Virus record (IMG/VR): IMGVR_UViG_3300008448_000066
Coordinates: 4,804-68,803 of that record
Direction: 5' to 3' (one strand)
Length of the DNA: 64,000 nucleotides
Origin: a virus
Part shown: positions 49,782 to 59,540 of the stretch, piece after piece
How the letters are laid out: each line of letters begins with the position of its first letter
Numbering within the stretch: the first letter of the stretch is position 1
Made by a program: the position numbers and the translations under genes
Notes under the pieces: model-generated
Seen by the model: the letters and a program-made list of their open reading frames with translations, nothing else
What the model was told of the DNA's origin: nothing
The model's database searches: none

Positions 49782-50846
49782 ATGTCTTCTCTTCTAGAAC
49801 AAGCAATCGTTGATGCAAAGGCTCTTAAAGAAGCAGCTTATAAAAACGCAGAAACAGCAGTATTAGAAAAATATTCTGTTGAAATAAAAGATGCACTCAA
49901 AGCATTGCTAGAACAAGAAGAACCATTAGATCCAAATACTCCAGCAGCACAACCCGGTTCGGCAACTTCTTCTGCAATTACTGGTGAAGATCCAATACAA
50001 GGTGTACCATCTGCAACAACAGATAACGAAAAGCTTTGTCAATGTCCAGATGAAGAAGAGAAGGTTGAAATTGATCTTGATAAGCTTGCAGCCGCTGTAA
50101 GTACAGAAGAAGAAGATATGGGTGGTCCCGGTAATTCTGCTTCAATGAGTAGAGAAGAAGATTTGTTTCCAGCACTTTCAGAAAACATTTACAAGATTGA
50201 TACTTCCGTATTGAAAGAAGAAGTAGAACTTGAGTTTGATAAGAGTGAATTGCTATCGGTTCTAGAAGAAGAAACAGAATTTCATCTTGATCATAATCCA
50301 CATTACAAAGGCAATAGCTGGTCGCTCGGCGGTGGTGTTACCAATCACGACGAAGATAATCTAAAGCTTGCCAAACTTTCCAAGGGTCTTAAACAAAAAA
50401 ATCAAGAAGTTGAGAAACTTGTAAAAGACAATGAAGAACTTAATGAAAAAATTTCAGAGCTTACTGCAATAGCAGAGGCTCTAGCCAATAAGGTTGAGAA
50501 GTACCAAGACGTAGTTCCAGCCCTAAAGGAAAAGCTTGACGCATTTGCTTTGTCTAACGCCAAGCTTCTTTATACAAATCGCGTATTAAGCAATGGCTCC
50601 TTGAATGAGCGACAAAAATCTAAACTTGTCGAAACGCTTAGTAACGCTAAAACACCAGACGAGGCAAAAACAATCTTTGAAACACTTCAAAGTTCCGTGC
50701 AAGGTGCAGTTGTTTCAACATCACCAAAATCATTGAGCGAAGCAGTAACAAAGAATGTTTTAACTTCCATTCCTAGAAGAGAACAAGAAGTTGTTCAAGT
50801 TCCACTTCTTGAAAGAATGCAGATTTTAGCAGGTATTAAAAAATAA
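49782..50846 (+). CDS. Prohead core scaffold protein (gp22-like)
   Basis: Acidic coiled coil immediately upstream of the capsid gene; LLEQAIVDAKAL, NAKLLYTN, ERMQILAGI; many L-x-E sites. Confidence 0.8.
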   Translation: MSSLLEQAIVDAKALKEAAYKNAETAVLEKYSVEIKDALKALLEQEEPLDPNTPAAQPGSATSSAITGEDPIQGVPSATTDNEKLCQCPDEEEKVEIDLDKLAAAVSTEEEDMGGPGNSASMSREEDLFPALSENIYKIDTSVLKEEVELEFDKSELLSVLEEETEFHLDHNPHYKGNSWSLGGGVTNHDEDNLKLAKLSKGLKQKNQEVEKLVKDNEELNEKISELTAIAEALANKVEKYQDVVPALKEKLDAFALSNAKLLYTNRVLSNGSLNERQKSKLVETLSNAKTPDEAKTIFETLQSSVQGAVVSTSPKSLSEAVTKNVLTSIPRREQEVVQVPLLERMQILAGIKK

Positions 50847-50864
50847 CATTTAAGGAGTTATAAT

Positions 50865-52556
50865 ATGTCAATCGTACAAAAACTAACAGAAGGCATGGTA
50901 GAACGTGACCTTCAAAAAGAGGGTGCAGCCCTCCTCGCTAAGTGGGAAAAGACCGGCCTCCTAGAAGGTATCGGTGATGACCGCAAGCGTTCCTCAATGG
51001 CTCGTCTTCTTGAGAATCAAGCCAAGGAACTTCTTCGTGAGTCTTCAACAATGGCAGCAGGCGACGTAGAAGGTTTTGCTTCAGTAGCATTCCCAATCGT
51101 CCGTCGTGTATTCGCTCAACTCGTTGCTAATGATCTCGTATCAGTACAACCAATGAGCCTTCCATCTGGTCTAATCTTCTTCCTAGACTTCCAATACACC
51201 AATACTAAACTTGGCGCAACTGCTGGTGATTCACCATATGCCCAAGGCATTGTTGGTCGTCAAGTAACAGGCGGTGTTAGTCTTAACAACGCAAACATTG
51301 AAAAAGGCTTTTACAGCTTTAACAATGGTTATACATCACCAACTGGTTCATTCACCACAACTGTTACGAACGTACTTTCACCAACCCAAGTATCTTCATT
51401 AACAGAAGCACAAAAAGCTTATATCCGTTGGGATCAAGATGTTCTTGATCTTTCATCTGGTTATGTTCAAGTACTTGATGTTGCTCTTTCATCAACTGAT
51501 TGGGCAAAAGTCAATAGACAAAACTTTGTTGCTTTCAAGCTTGTTGAAGGAACTTCTGGGCACCTTTCTGGTGCCGCACCAGTTCGTCGTCTTACAGACG
51601 CAACATCAGCAGCTTACACAGCTCGTTTTGTAGTTTACAAAGATACCTCATTCAGCTCTGTCGCTGCTGGTACATTAAGCGTTGAAGCACCAATTGTTGA
51701 TGCCTTCACAACTTCACCAGCTGGTGTTGATGCTCTAGGAGCCATTGCAGGTACAAACACTTGGGGTTTGGAAGCAACTGCCGATATCCCAGAGATTGAT
51801 ATCAAGGTTGAATCAATCAGCGTAACTGCTATCACCAAGAAACTCAAGGCCAAGTGGTCACCAGAATTGGGTCAAGACCTCAACGCATACCACAACTTGG
51901 ATGCAGAAGTTGAGCTTACCTCAATTCTTTCAGAGCACGTAGCTCTTGAAATCGACCGTGAAATCCTTGAGGATCTAGTCAAGGGTGCAACCGCTGGTAC
52001 ATTCTACTGGTCACGTTCACCCGGCTTGTTCGTCAATAAGACCACAGGTTTAGAGATTGGTGCATCAGCCAAGGCTCCAGACTTCACTGGTACAGTCTCA
52101 ATGTGGTATGAAACCCTCATTGAAACCATCAATGACGTATCAGCCCAAATCCACAGAAAGACTCTCCGTGGTGGCGCAAACTTCATCGTTTGCGGTCCAG
52201 AAGTTGCCAACATTCTTGAGTTTACCTCTGGCTTCCGTGCCAAGGTAACTCACGATGACGAGAAGGGTGAAATCGGCGCAGTTAACGTAGGTTCAATCTC
52301 AAAGAAGTTTGACGTATACGTTGCAGCTGACTTCCTCCGTAACGTAATCCTCGTCGGTCGTAAGGGTAACTCCTTCCTAGAAAGCGGCTACGTTTATGCT
52401 CCATATGTACCACTACAAATCACTCCAACCATCTTTGGTCAAGAGGACTTTGTACCACGTAAGGGCGTAATGACCCGTTACGCCAAGAAGATGGTCAGAC
52501 CAGATATGTACGGTCTTGTCATCGTTCGTGGCCTCCTCGGTGAGAGTGGCGCATAA
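50865..52556 (+). CDS. Major capsid protein (T4 gp23-like)
   Basis: LLENQ, PIVRRVF, VSVQPMSLPSGLIF, KLKAKWSPELGQDLNAYHNLDAEVEL, EIDREI, YAPYVPL, F.PRKGVMTRYA; strong SD and biased codon use. Confidence 0.97.
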   Translation: MSIVQKLTEGMVERDLQKEGAALLAKWEKTGLLEGIGDDRKRSSMARLLENQAKELLRESSTMAAGDVEGFASVAFPIVRRVFAQLVANDLVSVQPMSLPSGLIFFLDFQYTNTKLGATAGDSPYAQGIVGRQVTGGVSLNNANIEKGFYSFNNGYTSPTGSFTTTVTNVLSPTQVSSLTEAQKAYIRWDQDVLDLSSGYVQVLDVALSSTDWAKVNRQNFVAFKLVEGTSGHLSGAAPVRRLTDATSAAYTARFVVYKDTSFSSVAAGTLSVEAPIVDAFTTSPAGVDALGAIAGTNTWGLEATADIPEIDIKVESISVTAITKKLKAKWSPELGQDLNAYHNLDAEVELTSILSEHVALEIDREILEDLVKGATAGTFYWSRSPGLFVNKTTGLEIGASAKAPDFTGTVSMWYETLIETINDVSAQIHRKTLRGGANFIVCGPEVANILEFTSGFRAKVTHDDEKGEIGAVNVGSISKKFDVYVAADFLRNVILVGRKGNSFLESGYVYAPYVPLQITPTIFGQEDFVPRKGVMTRYAKKMVRPDMYGLVIVRGLLGESGA

Positions 52557-52576
52557 TCTATCTTAGATAGATAAAC

Positions 52577-52616
52577 AAGCCCCCGATTAGAAATAATCGG
52601 GGGTTTTGTTTTGTTT
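52577..52616 (+). terminator. Rho-independent terminator after the capsid gene
   Basis: CCCCCGATTA-GAAA-TAATCGGGGG followed by TTTTGTTTTGTTT. Confidence 0.9.
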
Positions 52617-52681
52617 GTTACTATTTATAAATGATATTGGTTTTAAACCAAATTTAAACAACAATTGGAGGATTTTATAAA

Positions 52682-53086
52682 ATGGCTGGTAAACTTTCTG
52701 TAGCTAGAATGAAGGCTCTTCTCTCTGGCAATTCAATGACTTCTGTTTCTACTACTGGTGATTCTACTGTCGGTTCTGGTTTGGTTCTTAGCGATGTTGG
52801 AACAGTAGCTGCTGCTGGTACAACAATCTCTAATGCCGGTTCTGTTACAACACACGTTACAATTGTAACTGCTGCTGATGGTACAAAGGGTGTTAAACTT
52901 CCAACAGGTGCAACAACTGGTGAAGTTTATGTTGTTGGAAATCACGCCGCCGCAATATTAAAACTATATGCCACAAGCGAAACGCTTAATGGTATTGCTG
53001 GTGCAACTGGTCTATCTGTTAGTGGTTCTGCTGCTGCTCTTTGTGTAAAGAGTGGAGATTCAACTTGGACAGTTGTACTTCCATAG
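52682..53086 (+). CDS. Putative capsid decoration/head fibre protein
   Basis: Own CTATTTA, GGAGG SD and terminator; small, Ser/Thr/Gly/Ala-rich; VKLPTGATTGEVYVVGN resembles the shared fibre C-terminal domain. Confidence 0.55.
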   Translation: MAGKLSVARMKALLSGNSMTSVSTTGDSTVGSGLVLSDVGTVAAAGTTISNAGSVTTHVTIVTAADGTKGVKLPTGATTGEVYVVGNHAAAILKLYATSETLNGIAGATGLSVSGSAAALCVKSGDSTWTVVLP

Positions 53087-53106
53087 TATCTGATTAGTTT
53101 AATGAT

Positions 53107-53140
53107 AAGAAGCCCTCCAATAAAGGAGGGTTTTCTTTTG
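53107..53140 (+). terminator. Rho-independent terminator
   Basis: AAGAAGCCCTCC-aataaa-GGAGGGTTTTCTT followed by TTG. Confidence 0.8.
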
Positions 53141-53177
53141 TTGTTAACTATTTACAATGACAAGGAGTATCTTCTTA

Positions 53178-54449
53178 ATGGCAGTTCCCACACTTATTCC
53201 TGCAAGCACTTTAAGTGCTGTAGTTCTTCCAGTTACGGGAAGCCCATCAGAAGTTACACAATATTTACCATTTGCAGTTTATTCTGGTTCAACAGCGTTT
53301 CTATCTGGTGCTGCTGATCAAGTTGCGTATGTTTATAAGAAATTAGGTGGTGATGTATTAGATATTGAATTAACTGTAGGTAATGTTTATGCAGCTTATG
53401 AAGAAGCAGTATTAGAATACTCTTACCTTATCAATCTTCATCAATCTCAAAACGCTATTTCATCAATGCTTGGTAAAACAACTGGTTCGTTTGATCAAAA
53501 CGGAGAGTTAACCAACGACATAGGTGGAAGAGCGGAACTAGCTTATCCAAAGTTTAATGTTAATATAACAAGAAGAGTTGGTGATGCATTTGCCGAAGAA
53601 GCAGCAATAGGAATGAATTCACGTATTTATTCAGCTTCTATTCCTATAACAGATGAAGTTCAAGATTATGATTTATTGGCTATTGTACATTCGGCTTCTG
53701 TTAATAATTACGATCCAGCGACAGGCGGACCCGTTCCTTACTCTGGTTCAGTCGGAGATAAGAAAATAACTGTTAGAAGATTGTATTACAGAACACCAGC
53801 TTCAATGTGGAGATTCTTTGGATATTATGGTGGCCTTAACGTAATTGGAAATCTTTCAACTTATGGTCAATATGCTGATGACAGTACGTTTGAAGTTATA
53901 CCAGCTTGGCACAACAAACTTCAAGCAATGGCTTATGAAACTTCAATCTATACAAGAAACTCCCACTATTCATTTGAAGTTATAAACAATAAACTGAGAA
54001 TATTCCCAGTTCCCAATTCGTTTACTCCAAGATACTTCTGGTTTGACTTTAGCTTTGATGAAGATCCTTGGGTTCAAAAGGCAAACGAAAACGATGGAAC
54101 AAAAGGTGTTAATAATATAAACACACTTCCATTTGCCAATATACCATATGAGAACATTAACTCAATAGGCAAGCAATGGATTAGAAGATTCTGTCTTGCT
54201 CTTTGCAAAGAAATACTTGGACAAATACGTTCTAAGTTTGCAACCATACCAATACCCGGTGAGTCTGTAACTCTAAATGGATCAGCTTTAATTAGCGAAG
54301 GTAAAGAGCAGCAAAAGGAATTAAGAGAAGAACTCAAGACAATGCTTGATAAGGTTACTTACTCTAAGATTCTTGAGCAAACAGCAGCAGATTCTGAGAA
54401 CTCACAGAAGGTTGATAGTAAAGTACCATTCAATATATTTGTAGGATAA
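53178..54449 (+). CDS. Neck/head-tail adaptor protein (T4 gp13-like)
   Basis: KKLGGDVLDIELT...AYEEAVLEYS and QWIRRFCLALCKEILGQIRSKF...VTLNG. The start is placed at 53178 (MAVPT) because AAGGAG lies at 53162. Confidence 0.8.
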   Translation: MAVPTLIPASTLSAVVLPVTGSPSEVTQYLPFAVYSGSTAFLSGAADQVAYVYKKLGGDVLDIELTVGNVYAAYEEAVLEYSYLINLHQSQNAISSMLGKTTGSFDQNGELTNDIGGRAELAYPKFNVNITRRVGDAFAEEAAIGMNSRIYSASIPITDEVQDYDLLAIVHSASVNNYDPATGGPVPYSGSVGDKKITVRRLYYRTPASMWRFFGYYGGLNVIGNLSTYGQYADDSTFEVIPAWHNKLQAMAYETSIYTRNSHYSFEVINNKLRIFPVPNSFTPRYFWFDFSFDEDPWVQKANENDGTKGVNNINTLPFANIPYENINSIGKQWIRRFCLALCKEILGQIRSKFATIPIPGESVTLNGSALISEGKEQQKELREELKTMLDKVTYSKILEQTAADSENSQKVDSKVPFNIFVG

Positions 54450-54450
54450 T

Positions 54451-55248
54451 ATGGAAAAACAACTAGAATCATACACTAACAATATAGAAAACATAGATAT
54501 CGCTTTGTTTGAATGGGTTAATGAAATAGTTGACGTTCATTCATACACACAAGAAGGCTGGAAGAAAGTACCAATAGTTTGGCTATCAGCCGAAAGAGCC
54601 TTTCAACTTAAAGCAGATAAAGATATTAGAGATTCTTCTGGTATGGTTAAGTTACCAATCATAACAATTGACAGAACTTCGATAAATAAAGATCCAACAA
54701 AGCGTGGTGCTTTTCCAGCCAATTTACTTCCAGTAAATGATGAAAAAGGTGGAGTTGTTGAAGTCTCAAGAAAAATCAATCAAGATAAAAGCAACAACTT
54801 TACAACCGCTACAGTAGCAAGAAGTAGGTTCTCATTAAGAGATCCAAGAGCAATAAAGAAAACTGTATATCAAACTTCCTCTATTCCAGTTCCAATTCAT
54901 TTATCTGTCACATATTCTTTGAATATAAAAACAGAGTTTATGCAACAAATGAATCAAATAATCCAACCATTCTTTACTGTAACGAATAATTCCAGACACT
55001 TTGTTTTTACTTCAAAAGACAAGCATAAGATTGAAGGTTTTATCAAGGGCGACTTTGGTACTACAAGTAATGCTAATAACTTATCAGAAGAAAGAAAACT
55101 ATATACTTCAAAGATTGAGATTGAAGTATTAGGAAGAATCATTGGTGCTGCTGAGAATCAAGTTACTCCACGACTTGCTGTTAGAGAAAATGTAGTAGAA
55201 GTGAAGATAACGGGCGAAAGAACCATATTTAACAATAATAACGAATAA
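54451..55248 (+). CDS. Tail terminator/sheath stabiliser (T4 gp15-like)
   Basis: KVPIVW...ERA...LPIITIDR...PVPIHLSVTYSL...QMNQIIQPF; lies between the neck and sheath genes. Confidence 0.7.
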   Translation: MEKQLESYTNNIENIDIALFEWVNEIVDVHSYTQEGWKKVPIVWLSAERAFQLKADKDIRDSSGMVKLPIITIDRTSINKDPTKRGAFPANLLPVNDEKGGVVEVSRKINQDKSNNFTTATVARSRFSLRDPRAIKKTVYQTSSIPVPIHLSVTYSLNIKTEFMQQMNQIIQPFFTVTNNSRHFVFTSKDKHKIEGFIKGDFGTTSNANNLSEERKLYTSKIEIEVLGRIIGAAENQVTPRLAVRENVVEVKITGERTIFNNNNE

Positions 55249-55281
55249 AGTTAATTCGTTGTCTTTTGATAATCCATACTA

Positions 55282-55288
55282 CTATTTA
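55282..55288 (+). promoter_or_regulatory. CTATTTA putative late promoter for the sheath gene
   Basis: Intergenic copy upstream of the AGGAG SD and ATG 55329. Confidence 0.6.
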
Positions 55289-55328
55289 TTTATGATTTTC
55301 AATATTTCTGTATTAGGAGTGCTTAAGA

Positions 55329-58127
55329 ATGGCTGCAAATAGATTTAAGTTTGTTTCTCCCGGTGTGTTTATCAACGAGATTGATCAATCACAATTACCA
55401 GCTTTAACATTTGGTGTTGGTCCAACAGTAATTGGTCGTTTTCAACAAGGACCAGCAATGCGTCCAGTACGTATTGGTTCATACGCTGAATTAGTTTCTA
55501 TATTTGGCGCACCACTTCCCGGTGGTACAACTGGTGGTGATGTTTGGAGAGAAGGCAACAAACTAGGTCCAACATATGCTGCTTATGCTGCTAAAGCTTG
55601 GTTAACAAACAATAATGCAATCAATATCATAAGACTACTTGGCACCGAGCATTCTTCAGCAGAAACTTCTGGTAAGGCTGGCTGGCAAACAGATGCTACT
55701 AATCCAGCTACAAGCGGTGGTGCATATGGTCTATTCCTTTGTAATTCAGCTTCCGCAGGTACAGCAGTAACAGGTACTCTTGCTGCTATATGGTATCTTA
55801 ACACAGGTTCTATCGCTCTTTCTGGTACTAGAGCAGGTTTCTCAAGTACTGTTTCTGGTTCTAACGTTCTTCTTAAATCACAAGGCGCATACTCAGAATT
55901 TAAAGCTGAAGTTTATAATGCTGCTGGTACAAAGATTCAAGATATTAACTTTAACTTTAGCCCAACAGATGCTAAGTTCATTAGAAAAGCATTTAACACA
56001 AATCCAGTTGCAACCAATTCAAGCGTAACTAGAACTGACAGTAATGCTTACAAAACCTACTGGCTTGGTGAAACATTTGAAAGAAGTGTTGATGAATATG
56101 TAACTAATACCGCAACTGGTCAAGTATATGGCTTTATTGCTCCGCTACTTAACGGTACAAATTATGGTGCAGTTCATCGTCGTGCAATTCAACCAGCAAA
56201 AACTGGTTGGGTTTTCTCACAAGACCTAACAACCAATTATGCTTCTTACTCAGCAGAGTCACAAGTTAAACTCTTTAGAATTTCAACACTTGATTCTGGT
56301 GATTGGGAAAGCAAGAATCTAAAGATTGCAATAGAAGATATCAAAGGACCAAGAACAAACTTTGAGAAATATGGCTCATTCACTGTTACAGTAATGTCAG
56401 CCCAACAACTTGATTCAGCAAATCCAATTGCACTTGAAAGATTCTCTAACCTTTCAATGGACCCAAATTCAGAAAACTTCATTGCCAAGAGAATTGGCGA
56501 TAAGTACATTGCTTGGAGTGATGATGAAAAGAGTTACAAAGAGTATGGTAACTACGCAAATCAATCTAGATACATTTATGTAGAAGTTGATCAAGAAGCT
56601 GCTCAAGGCTTTACAGATCCACTTTGCTTACCATTCGGATTCTACGGTCCTCCACGTTTCAAGAGCTTCGTTGTTAACAGCGGTTCTTCCACTCCATCAG
56701 ATACATTCGTAGCTAGAACAGCCGTAAGAGCAACAAGCGTATCACCATTCCTTGATGTTAGCACTTTGAACTTTACTGGTTCATTCTTGTTCCCATCAGT
56801 TGGTGTTAGAGTTTCAGCTTCAACTGCACAACTACCACAACCAACTGACGTTTACTTTGGTCTAGACGTTACCAAGAAGTCTGCAAGAAATGAAGTTGAC
56901 TACAGCTATCGTGATGTACTTCGTCCACCACCTTCAGCTTATGTAAACTATGTTGCATCTGAAAGCAATAGAGAATACTCATTTGTCTTCTCTCTAGACG
57001 ATCTAAGAAGCACAAGCACAGGTGCAGTATATGCATCTGGTACTCGCGTAGCTGGCAATTCATACACCGCACAAACAGGCTCTTATACAGCTGTTCTAAA
57101 TGCAGGTTATGATCAATTCGTAATGCCATTGTTTGGCGGTAATGACGGTGTTGATGTTACCGAGGCAGAACCATTCGGCAATCACTTGCTAACTGGTACT
57201 CCAACTGAGACAACAAACTATGTTTACTACACTCTTCGCAGAGCAATTGATACAGTAGCAGATCCAGAAGTTGTTGTAACTGATATCATTACACTACCCG
57301 GTGTAACCAAGGAATCAGTAACTGACCATCTTCTTGAGACTTGTCAAGCAAGAGGCGATGCACTTGGTATTATCGATCTACCAAATGCATACATTCCAGA
57401 AACTGAATCAACAAATTCCGATGCTACCAGAAGAGGTACAACTGTAACTTCTATTGCATCTGCATTTAAGGATCGCTCAATCAATAACAGCTACGGTGCA
57501 GCATACTATCCTTGGGTACAAATTGCTGACGGTTCTGCTAGATTGTGGGTTCCACCATCAGTAGTAGCTCTTGGCGCACTATCATATGGTCAAGCTTCAA
57601 GTGAGTTGTGGTTTGCTCCAGCAGGCTTCACAAGAGGCGGTCTATCTGCCGGTCGTGGTGGTCTTCCAGTAATCGATGTTTCAACCAGACTTACAACCGC
57701 TCAACGTGACGCACTATACGAAGTTAACATTAATCCAATTGCCAAGTTTGCAAATGAAGGTATCGTAATCTTTGGACAAAAGACACTACAAGCAACTCCA
57801 TCTGCTCTTGACAGAATCAATGTTCGTAGATTGCTAATCTATCTAAAGAGAGAAATCTCGTTGATTGCTTCTACGCTTCTCTTCGACCAAAACGTTACAA
57901 CAACTTGGAATCGTTTCAAGGGTCAAGTAGAACCATTGCTAGCAAGTGTTAAGACAAGACTTGGTTTGACAGATTACCGTGTAGTTCTTGATTCCACAAC
58001 CACTACACCAGATCTAATCGATAGAAACATTCTATACGCTAAGATTTTCTTGAAGCCAGCCAGAGCCATTGAATTCATAGTAATTGATTTCAATATTACA
58101 AGAACTGGTGCATCATTTAATGATTAA
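55329..58127 (+). CDS. Tail sheath protein (T4 gp18-like)
   Basis: FVSPGVFINEIDQS, YGAAYYPWV, VPPS, WFAPAGFTRG, LY...INPI, IFGQKTLQ, ALDRINVRRLL, KPARAIEFI. Confidence 0.96.
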   Translation: MAANRFKFVSPGVFINEIDQSQLPALTFGVGPTVIGRFQQGPAMRPVRIGSYAELVSIFGAPLPGGTTGGDVWREGNKLGPTYAAYAAKAWLTNNNAINIIRLLGTEHSSAETSGKAGWQTDATNPATSGGAYGLFLCNSASAGTAVTGTLAAIWYLNTGSIALSGTRAGFSSTVSGSNVLLKSQGAYSEFKAEVYNAAGTKIQDINFNFSPTDAKFIRKAFNTNPVATNSSVTRTDSNAYKTYWLGETFERSVDEYVTNTATGQVYGFIAPLLNGTNYGAVHRRAIQPAKTGWVFSQDLTTNYASYSAESQVKLFRISTLDSGDWESKNLKIAIEDIKGPRTNFEKYGSFTVTVMSAQQLDSANPIALERFSNLSMDPNSENFIAKRIGDKYIAWSDDEKSYKEYGNYANQSRYIYVEVDQEAAQGFTDPLCLPFGFYGPPRFKSFVVNSGSSTPSDTFVARTAVRATSVSPFLDVSTLNFTGSFLFPSVGVRVSASTAQLPQPTDVYFGLDVTKKSARNEVDYSYRDVLRPPPSAYVNYVASESNREYSFVFSLDDLRSTSTGAVYASGTRVAGNSYTAQTGSYTAVLNAGYDQFVMPLFGGNDGVDVTEAEPFGNHLLTGTPTETTNYVYYTLRRAIDTVADPEVVVTDIITLPGVTKESVTDHLLETCQARGDALGIIDLPNAYIPETESTNSDATRRGTTVTSIASAFKDRSINNSYGAAYYPWVQIADGSARLWVPPSVVALGALSYGQASSELWFAPAGFTRGGLSAGRGGLPVIDVSTRLTTAQRDALYEVNINPIAKFANEGIVIFGQKTLQATPSALDRINVRRLLIYLKREISLIASTLLFDQNVTTTWNRFKGQVEPLLASVKTRLGLTDYRVVLDSTTTTPDLIDRNILYAKIFLKPARAIEFIVIDFNITRTGASFND

Positions 58128-58159
58128 TACTATTTATGATATAAAGGGAGTAATATAAA

Positions 58160-58792
58160 ATGGCATTCTGGAGCGATAACCTAATAGAACCAAAGAGAAA
58201 GTTTAAGTTTGTTGTAACTTTTGCTGGTGTTACTGAAAATGAAACAATACCATCATTTGTTGTCAAAAAAGCAACCAAACCATCTTTTTCAATAAGCGAA
58301 AGTTCACATCAATTCTTAGGAAACAAGTTTTACTTTCCCGGTAAGCTTGAGTGGAAAGAAGTTGATATTACTCTAATTGATGCAGGCGGTTTTGATGAAA
58401 GCCCACCCGAAAATAATGAAATTGGCACTAAGGCTGTGCAACCAGTAAAAAACGATATAACCAGTAAAATTATCAGTATTTTATCTAAATTTGGCTATCA
58501 ACCACCCGAACAAACCGGAGCTGCGTTAGCTGGTGGTGGTTTTAGTAATGGAACATTAAAGACTTTCTCTAAATTTGCTGCAACTAGCGTTCTTCCTAGT
58601 ATAGAAATATTACAGCTTGATAGTAATGGTTCTATAATTGAGTCTTGGACATTACACAATGCTTGGGTTAAAGATGTTAATTTTGGTGAACTTGACTACA
58701 CATCTGAAGACCCAGTAGAAATAACTTTGAAACTTAGATATGATTGGGCCACATTTAGTGACGCTGTACAAAATCCCGCAGGAACAACCTAA
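58160..58792 (+). CDS. Tail tube protein (T4 gp19-like)
   Basis: EPKRKFKF, KP, FYFPGKLEW, QLDSNG.IIESWTLHNAW...FGELDY...LRYDWA. Confidence 0.88.
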   Translation: MAFWSDNLIEPKRKFKFVVTFAGVTENETIPSFVVKKATKPSFSISESSHQFLGNKFYFPGKLEWKEVDITLIDAGGFDESPPENNEIGTKAVQPVKNDITSKIISILSKFGYQPPEQTGAALAGGGFSNGTLKTFSKFAATSVLPSIEILQLDSNGSIIESWTLHNAWVKDVNFGELDYTSEDPVEITLKLRYDWATFSDAVQNPAGTT

Positions 58793-58811
58793 TATATAAG
58801 TAAGGTGATTT

Positions 58812-59540
58812 ATGGCCTCTGGTCCTTTCTTTTTTTCTCAACCATTTAATGAACCAAAAAGAAAATATAAATTCTTTGTTGAGTTTCAAGGTGGAGAAAA
58901 TAACCATTCTTTAAGCTATTTTTTCCCAAACGGCGAATATCAATGGTTTATTAAGAGTTGTACAAAACCATCCATAAAAGTTGAAGTAACTCCAAGAGAA
59001 GAAACAATTTCTATTTTTAACACCCCAGTAGCAACTAGAAGAATTAACGAAGGTGCCACTTGGAATCCAATAGCAATTAAGTTTGTCAATCCATACAGCC
59101 ATACATTTAAACCAGCAATACAAAATTTAGAAAACACAGATGACTATCGCAAAGCAGTAGATCTTGATCATTTTTTCAGTAATGTAATGTCATCTATTAA
59201 TGCTAATTTTGGTGGCAACTTTATTGTTGAAGCACCCGCTGGTACACCAAAAGTTTTTGAAAATGATGAATATTTGCTTCTTGAATATGAAAATACACTT
59301 GATGCAGTAAAATTGATTGAGTTTGGTCAACTTCCGCGTAAAGATAGAGTGGCAAAAGCATTGAAAGAATTAAACGCAACTATTGCACCACAAACAAAAG
59401 ATAAGGGAACAATAAGTAACAATTCTTGCAAAGGAACCGCCGCAATTTCAGCAGTTTGTAAGTTTAATAAATTTTTTGGTTCTATAAAGATTTGGGATCT
59501 TGGAAATGGTTATTTTACTCTTGATGAAGCAAAAAAATAA
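58812..59540 (+). CDS. Second tail tube-like protein, N-terminal part (continues in the -1 frame)
   Basis: EPKRKYKFFVEF...IKSCTKPS...WNPI parallels the tube N-terminus; it ends at GCA AAA AAA TAA. Confidence 0.7.
   Translation: MASGPFFFSQPFNEPKRKYKFFVEFQGGENNHSLSYFFPNGEYQWFIKSCTKPSIKVEVTPREETISIFNTPVATRRINEGATWNPIAIKFVNPYSHTFKPAIQNLENTDDYRKAVDLDHFFSNVMSSINANFGGNFIVEAPAGTPKVFENDEYLLLEYENTLDAVKLIEFGQLPRKDRVAKALKELNATIAPQTKDKGTISNNSCKGTAAISAVCKFNKFFGSIKIWDLGNGYFTLDEAKK

Noticed and set aside
53157-53177. ORF-track start at 53157 for the neck protein
   Set aside because: The AAGGAG SD at 53162 lies downstream of that ATG, so 53178 is the better start.
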